From assembly GCA_964291415.2 (NCBI GenBank), contig OZ219920.1, positions 64,001 through 128,000 of the forward strand: DNA of 64,000 nucleotides, read 5' to 3'. Below, in pieces: positions 58,815 to 64,000 of the stretch; the first letter of the stretch is position 1, and the number at the start of each line of letters is the position of its first letter. This stretch comes from Alphaproteobacteria bacterium (GTDB lineage Bacteria; Pseudomonadota; Alphaproteobacteria; SP197). Below the pieces are notes generated by a model. The model did no database searches. It had not been told where the DNA came from and saw nothing but the letters and a program-made list of their open reading frames with translations. The position numbers and the translations under genes were made by a program.

Positions 58815-60143
58815 TCACACCACCTCGAGGTAGCGTTCCCGCTCACCGGCACTGACATGACGGCGCAGCCTTGCATCTTCGTGGAAACGCGTTGCCACGA
58901 AATGATCGATGAAGGTGTCGCCAAAGATGGCGCGCGCCGCCTTGCTCGCATCGAGGCGCTCCGCAGCCTCGGCAAGGCTGCGGGCAAGGCGCGGGACACC
59001 TGGTGGTGTGTCGTCTGGCCCGCCGCCCGTGATGGGCGTCGGCAGGTCCATGTTCCTCTCGATGCCGTGAAGTGCCGCGCCAAGCGTGGCTGCAATGGCA
59101 AGATAGGGGTTCGTGTCGGCGCCCGGGAGGCGGAACTCGATGCGGGCCTGGTCTTCGGGCGCTGGCACGGCCCGCACCGCCGCGGCGTAGTTCTCGACGG
59201 CCCAGGTCGCCGTCTTCGGCGCCCAGTTGCCCGGCGCCAGGCGGCGGTAGGCATTGACGGTATGGGCCACCATGGCAGTGAGGTCGCCGGTGAGTCCCAC
59301 CACGCCGGCGACAGCCTGGCGCATCGTCGTGCTCATGGCATCCGCTGCTCCGGCGTCGTGGAACAGGGTCCGGCCGGTGGCGCTGTCGGCGAGCGAGAGG
59401 TGAACATGTCCCGAGAGCCCGGGATGGGAGGCGCCGAGCTGGGCCATGAAACTCGCAGTCATGCCCTGGCGCCGCGCATGGGCCTTGGTCAGGGTCTTGA
59501 AGAGGACGGCATCGTCAGCGGCCTTCAGGGGATCGCCTGCTTCGAGAGTCGCCTCGAAACAGCCTGGGCCGAGTTCGAGACCGAGGCTGAAGAGACCGAT
59601 GCCCGCCTCGCGAACCAGCTCTTCGAGGGATGTCACATAGTCACTGTGGATGGCGGCGGACTGGCTGCCCCAGCAACGGTTGTCGGCAGCGAAGAGCTCG
59701 ATTCGGTCAGCGAAGCCGTTCACGCGCAGGGTTTCCGCCGTCTCCTTCAGCACGTGAAACTCGAACTCCATGGCGGCGCGGACGGCGTATCCCGCATCTG
59801 CCGCGCGGGCGATCTGCGCGGCGAGTACCTGACGCGGACTCAAGGCGCGCGACGGACCGTCATAGTCGGCGAAGACGATGAACGAGTCCTGCTCGAACGG
59901 CCAGTCCCGCACGCTCGTCCAGTCGAGAACGACAGGTTCACCCACAAACGGCGGTGAACCGGTCACCTGTTCGGCGGTATCCCACTTGTGGAGCACGTTG
60001 ACGAAGGTCCCGGAAGTTCCGAACGTGGTCACGATGTCATCGAGCCTGAGGCGTCGGCCCCGCAGGCTGGCGTCGAGATCGGGAATGACGACATGGCCGA
60101 CACGCTTGCCCGCCTCGCGCAGCCGGGAATGGGCGTCGTTCAT
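58815..60143 (-). CDS. Glutamine synthetase-like protein 2
   Basis: MEFEF, ELGPGCFE, SGHVHLSL, NAYRRL..GNWAP, RIEFRLPGADTNPY. Confidence 0.85.
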   Translation of the reverse strand: MNDAHSRLREAGKRVGHVVIPDLDASLRGRRLRLDDIVTTFGTSGTFVNVLHKWDTAEQVTGSPPFVGEPVVLDWTSVRDWPFEQDSFIVFADYDGPSRALSPRQVLAAQIARAADAGYAVRAAMEFEFHVLKETAETLRVNGFADRIELFAADNRCWGSQSAAIHSDYVTSLEELVREAGIGLFSLGLELGPGCFEATLEAGDPLKAADDAVLFKTLTKAHARRQGMTASFMAQLGASHPGLSGHVHLSLADSATGRTLFHDAGAADAMSTTMRQAVAGVVGLTGDLTAMVAHTVNAYRRLAPGNWAPKTATWAVENYAAAVRAVPAPEDQARIEFRLPGADTNPYLAIAATLGAALHGIERNMDLPTPITGGGPDDTPPGVPRLARSLAEAAERLDASKAARAIFGDTFIDHFVATRFHEDARLRRHVSAGERERYLEVV

Positions 60144-60156
60144 TGACGGCAACCCT

Positions 60157-60993
60157 TCAGGTCCCGAGAGCCCGGGCGTGATGCTCGAAGTGATCGGCAA
60201 GAAAGCTCTGGATGAACCAGTAGCTGTGGTCGTAGCCCTCGCGCATGTTGAGCGTCAGCGCCTGTCCGGCTTCCTTGCAGACGGCGGCCAGCGCATCGGG
60301 AAGCAGGTTGGGAAGGAATTCGTCCTCGGTTCCCTGGTCGGCGAGGATCGGCGGCGCCCGGTGACCGGAGCGGATCAGGTCGACAACGTCATAAGCACGC
60401 CAGGCCTCCCGGTCATCGCCGAGGTAGCGCTGCAGTGCGTCGACCCCCATCTGGCAGCCCATGAGGGAGTTCATCGGCGCCAGCGCCGAAACCGAACGGA
60501 ACATGCCGGGATTCTTGAGGGCAAGCGACAGTGCGCCATGGCCGCCCATGGAATGTCCGAAGATGCTCATCCTCTGCGGATCGCCGGGAAAGGCTTCGGC
60601 GATGACGCCGGGAAGCTCGCGGACGATGTAGCTTTCCATGCGGTAGTGCCGGGACCACGGTTCGACGGTCGCATCAAGGTAGAACCCCGCCCCCGTTCCG
60701 AAGGCCCAGTCGTCGTCCTCGCCTTCGATTCCGGTGTTGCGCGGGCTGGTGTCGGGGGCCACCACGAGAATCCCGGCGTCCGCTGCCAGGCGCTGGGCGC
60801 CGGCCTTGATGGTGAAGTTCTCTTCCGTGCAGGTCAGACCCGACAGCCACAGGAGGATCGGCACCCTTGCCTGCGCCGCGGCCGGAGGCGTGAACACGGA
60901 AAACCCCATGGGAAGGCCGATTTCACGTGAGGTGTGCCGGTAGAACCCCTGTGTGCCGCCGTGACACCGGCTGAGCGAGACGGTTTCCACCAT
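60157..60993 (-). CDS. fghA: S-formylglutathione hydrolase
   Basis: WLSGLTC, PDTSPR, GAGFYLDAT, GHSMGGHG, YDHSY. Confidence 0.96.
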   Translation of the reverse strand: MVETVSLSRCHGGTQGFYRHTSREIGLPMGFSVFTPPAAAQARVPILLWLSGLTCTEENFTIKAGAQRLAADAGILVVAPDTSPRNTGIEGEDDDWAFGTGAGFYLDATVEPWSRHYRMESYIVRELPGVIAEAFPGDPQRMSIFGHSMGGHGALSLALKNPGMFRSVSALAPMNSLMGCQMGVDALQRYLGDDREAWRAYDVVDLIRSGHRAPPILADQGTEDEFLPNLLPDALAAVCKEAGQALTLNMREGYDHSYWFIQSFLADHFEHHARALGT

Positions 60994-60996
60994 GGT

Positions 60997-62106
60997 TCAG
61001 TAGATCACCACGCTGCGGATCGACTTGCCCTCGTGCATCAGGTGGAAGGCGTCGTTGATACCCTCGAGCGGCATGGTGTGGGTGATCATGTCGTCGATGT
61101 TGATCTTCCCGTCCATGTACCAGTCGACAATTCTCGGCACGTCCGTGCGTCCCTTGGCTCCGCCGAAGGCCGTGCCCCGCCAGACCCGGCCGGTCACCAG
61201 CTGGAACGGACGGGTGGAGATTTCGGCACCGGCGGGCGCCACACCGATGATGATGGATTCGCCCCAGCCCTTGTGGGCGCACTCCAGCGCCTGGCGCATG
61301 GTGGTGACATTGCCGATGCACTCGAAACTGTAGTCGGCGCCACCCCTGGTCAGGTTCACGAGCCAGGGAACGAGGTCGCCCTCGACCTCCTTCGGGTTGA
61401 CGAAGTGGGTCATGCCGAACGCCTTGCCGAGCTCTTCGCGCGCCGGATTGATGTCGACACCGACGATCATGTCGGCGCCGACGAGGCGCAGGCCCTGGAT
61501 GACATTGAGGCCGATTCCGCCCAGTCCGAACACCACGCAGTTGCTGCCCGGCTCCACCCTGGCAGTGTTGATGACGGCGCCGATGCCGGTGGTCACACCG
61601 CAGCCGATGTAGCAGATCTTGTCGAAGGGGGCGTCCTCGCGGACCTTGGCGAGGGCGATCTCGGGAACCACCGTGTGGTTCGAGAACGTCGAGGTGCCCA
61701 TGTAGTGGAAGATCTTCTCCCCGCCGATCGAGAACCGGCTGGTGCCGTCCGGCATGACGCCCTGTCCCTGCGTCACCCTGATGGCCTGGCAGAGGTTCGT
61801 CTTGCCCGACGTGCAGTACTCGCATTGCCTGCATTCCGGCGTATAGAGCGGAATGACATGGTCGCCCTTCCTGAGGCCCGAGACACCCGGTCCGACATCG
61901 ACGACGACACCTGCCCCCTCGTGACCGAGAATGGCCGGAAAGATGCCTTCGGGATCGGCGCCCGACAGCGTGAAGGCGTCGGTATGGCAGATGCCGGTTG
62001 CCTTGACCTCGACAAGAACCTCGCCTTCGCGGGGGCCCTCGAGATCAACCTCCTCGATGGTGAGCGGCGCATCCGCCTTGTGGGCAACAGCAGCGCGGGT
62101 CTTCAT
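60997..62106 (-). CDS. frmA: S-(hydroxymethyl)glutathione dehydrogenase / class III ADH
   Basis: CHTD, GHEGAG, CRQCEYC, GLGGIG, TRPFQLVTGRVWRGTAFGG. Confidence 0.97.
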   Translation of the reverse strand: MKTRAAVAHKADAPLTIEEVDLEGPREGEVLVEVKATGICHTDAFTLSGADPEGIFPAILGHEGAGVVVDVGPGVSGLRKGDHVIPLYTPECRQCEYCTSGKTNLCQAIRVTQGQGVMPDGTSRFSIGGEKIFHYMGTSTFSNHTVVPEIALAKVREDAPFDKICYIGCGVTTGIGAVINTARVEPGSNCVVFGLGGIGLNVIQGLRLVGADMIVGVDINPAREELGKAFGMTHFVNPKEVEGDLVPWLVNLTRGGADYSFECIGNVTTMRQALECAHKGWGESIIIGVAPAGAEISTRPFQLVTGRVWRGTAFGGAKGRTDVPRIVDWYMDGKINIDDMITHTMPLEGINDAFHLMHEGKSIRSVVIY

Positions 62107-62199
62107 GGCATCCTCTCGATTGAATTGAACCGGGTCATGGTGGCGGCGTGTCCGGGACAATTCAAGCCGTGGATGCCCGAAAGGGCGCTCCTCAAGGTC

Positions 62200-62925
62200 C
62201 TATGTCGCGAGGACATCCGGCAGGTCCGCGACGCTGTCGATGACGATATCGAACCATGGCTCGAGCTGGTCCCGGGTGGCGGGTCCCGTCAACACGCCGA
62301 TCGCGGCGCCAAAGCCGGCGGCCCGCGCCATTCCCGCATCGGCTGCGGCATCATCGCCGATCATCGCCACTTCGCGAGGGTCCAGTCCGGTTTGCCGGCA
62401 GAATGCCTCGCCCATGCCGGGTCCGGGCTTGCCGCCGAAACCCCCGTCGGAGCCACACACGAAGGCGAGATGATCGCGAATTCCCAGCTGCTGCGCGGCC
62501 AGTTCCGCCAGTTCCGTGTCATCGTTCGTGGCAATGCCGAGGCGGTAGCCGGCCCCGGCCAGACGGTCGAAGAGGGCGGGCATGTCCGCCGTCGCGACCA
62601 GCCCGTCCAGGGAAGTCTCGCGGAAGACCCCGGAGATCAGGTCTTCCAGGTCGGGAGGCGCCGTCTCCGCGAGGATTGTGCTCCAGCACCGGACGATGTC
62701 CCGATTGGTGCCGCTGGCCAGCATGGAATCGGTTTCGAAGACGCCCAGGGACCGGTCGTATCCGGCTTCACGGAGCAGGTGATCGGCGATGTCGGGTTGC
62801 CCGGCTGCCCCGGCGACGCGCGAGGCCGCTTCGCAGAACGCCGGAATCCAGGTCTCGTTGAAGGCGACGAGGGTGCCATCCTTGTCGAAGAGCAGGCCCC
62901 TGATGGCGGTTGCCTGGCCTGTCAT
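62200..62925 (-). CDS. HAD family phosphatase
   Basis: FDKDGTL, ATND, KPGPG, MIGD...D. Confidence 0.9.
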   Translation of the reverse strand: MTGQATAIRGLLFDKDGTLVAFNETWIPAFCEAASRVAGAAGQPDIADHLLREAGYDRSLGVFETDSMLASGTNRDIVRCWSTILAETAPPDLEDLISGVFRETSLDGLVATADMPALFDRLAGAGYRLGIATNDDTELAELAAQQLGIRDHLAFVCGSDGGFGGKPGPGMGEAFCRQTGLDPREVAMIGDDAAADAGMARAAGFGAAIGVLTGPATRDQLEPWFDIVIDSVADLPDVLAT

Positions 62926-63770
62926 GATGCCGCCAGACGGTGGCGCCGCCATGCAATCTCGCGGTTCCACATTGCCTCGCCACCGCCGCGCTGGCGGCGC
63001 ACCAGGCACCAGGCAAGGGACACGGCAAGGGCGACACGGATCCAGTCCTCCAGGATCTTGGTCCCGCCCTCCATGCCGGTCGCCGCAAGAAGAACCCGGC
63101 ATTCTTCGCCTGAGAGTCCGGCCTCCGACGCGAAATAGGCCGGATCCCACAGCGGGTGGCAGAGAGCCGCATACTCCCAGTCCAGGAAGGTCACGCCGTC
63201 ACCGTCATCGATGATGTTCGGCGGCACGGGATCGACATGGGAGGCAACCGGCGCGGCGTCCTCGGGGCGGCAGACAGGCCTCAGGGCGTCCACGACGGCC
63301 CACCCGGCGCCGAAGGCGTCCGGGGCTTCGGGCGAGGCGCATCCGGCCTCGTCGAGATAGGTCTCCAGCTTCTCCCAGGGGTTCATCACGCCGGTGAACC
63401 CGGTGGCCTGCCTCAGCGTGCGGAAGGCGCGGCCCAGCCTCCGCAGGACAGGCGTTGCGAAGGGCCGTGCCATGGAATCCAGGGGCTGACCGTCCGCGAA
63501 ACGATAGAGAATCAACCCTGCACCGGGATCGGCCGCCAGGACCTGCGGCGCGACACCCAGCGATGACGCCACCCTCATGTGGCGGCACTCCCGGGAACGG
63601 TCGACGAGGTCCGCGGTCTCGCTTCCGGCCAGACGCAGGACGACATCGTCTCCCGCGATACGCAGACGCACGGCCCGGTTTGCGCTGCCGCAATAGATGT
63701 CGTTGACCAGCAGGTCGCGCGGATCGTGACCGAGATGTTCGAGGGCACGGGCGATCTCCGGATGTGTCAT
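62922..63770 (-). CDS. Choline/ethanolamine kinase-like phosphotransferase (APH family)
   Basis: GSANR, VVLR, DRSRE, Brenner motif HVDPVPPN, LDWEYA...PLWD. Confidence 0.85.
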   Translation of the reverse strand: MTHPEIARALEHLGHDPRDLLVNDIYCGSANRAVRLRIAGDDVVLRLAGSETADLVDRSRECRHMRVASSLGVAPQVLAADPGAGLILYRFADGQPLDSMARPFATPVLRRLGRAFRTLRQATGFTGVMNPWEKLETYLDEAGCASPEAPDAFGAGWAVVDALRPVCRPEDAAPVASHVDPVPPNIIDDGDGVTFLDWEYAALCHPLWDPAYFASEAGLSGEECRVLLAATGMEGGTKILEDWIRVALAVSLAWCLVRRQRGGGEAMWNREIAWRRHRLAAS

Positions 63771-63818
63771 GACAGCGCACCTTGCCGCCGGGCGCGGTGA
63801 CTGGCAAGACTGCCGGTC

Positions 63819-64000
63819 ATGGTCGAGAGCCTCGCCTCCCTGCTGGAGGAAATCCGCGCCTGCTCGGTGTGTGCCGGAGTCCTTCCCTGCGGCCCGCGGC
63901 CCGTCGTCAGGGCCGGATCAGGCGCGCGCTTGCTGATCATCGGACAGGCTCCGGGCACCCGTGTCCATGCCAGCGGCATTCCCTGGGACGATGCCAGCGG
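63819..64000 (+). CDS. Uracil-DNA glycosylase family protein, 3'-truncated
   Basis: MVESLASLLEEIRACSVC..LPCGPRPV...LIIGQAPGTRVHASGIPWDDAS. Confidence 0.88.
   Translation, partial: MVESLASLLEEIRACSVCAGVLPCGPRPVVRAGSGARLLIIGQAPGTRVHASGIPWDDAS

Overview
GC-rich (roughly two-thirds G+C by eye) chromosomal window from an alphaproteobacterium. The assignment rests on the pckA/chvI-chvG synteny, the zf-CHCC-polA pair, a type-B L36, and the Roseobacter/Rhodospirillales-like Amt and solute-binding proteins. From left to right: (1) sulfite-oxidation locus aprMBA, divergent from sat plus a phosphoesterase; (2) ~20 kb catabolic and transport region with an ATP-dependent hydantoinase/oxoprolinase A and two B subunits, CocE hydrolase, TauD, a polyamine-type ABC transporter with fused permease, a Rieske oxygenase, a D-amino-acid dehydrogenase and a hidden soeA-like remnant; (3) scattered oxidases, methyltransferases and an amidohydrolase; (4) housekeeping block rpmJ, glcDEF, ogt, polA, amt; (5) eroded accessory segment at 44-52 kb with IS1634, IS66 and other transposase relics, an AhpD-MttB pair, a His-rich TPR protein and a decayed copy of the amt 3' half; (6) pckA-chvIG; (7) putative operon of kinase, HAD, frmA, fghA, two GS-like ligases and PhyH, followed by a partial UDG. 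No rRNA, tRNA or CRISPR array was found. Product calls come from recalled family motifs, not database searches. The best candidates for undescribed systems are the twin gamma-glutamyl-ligase/PhyH/formaldehyde operon and the one-A/two-B lactamase cluster.
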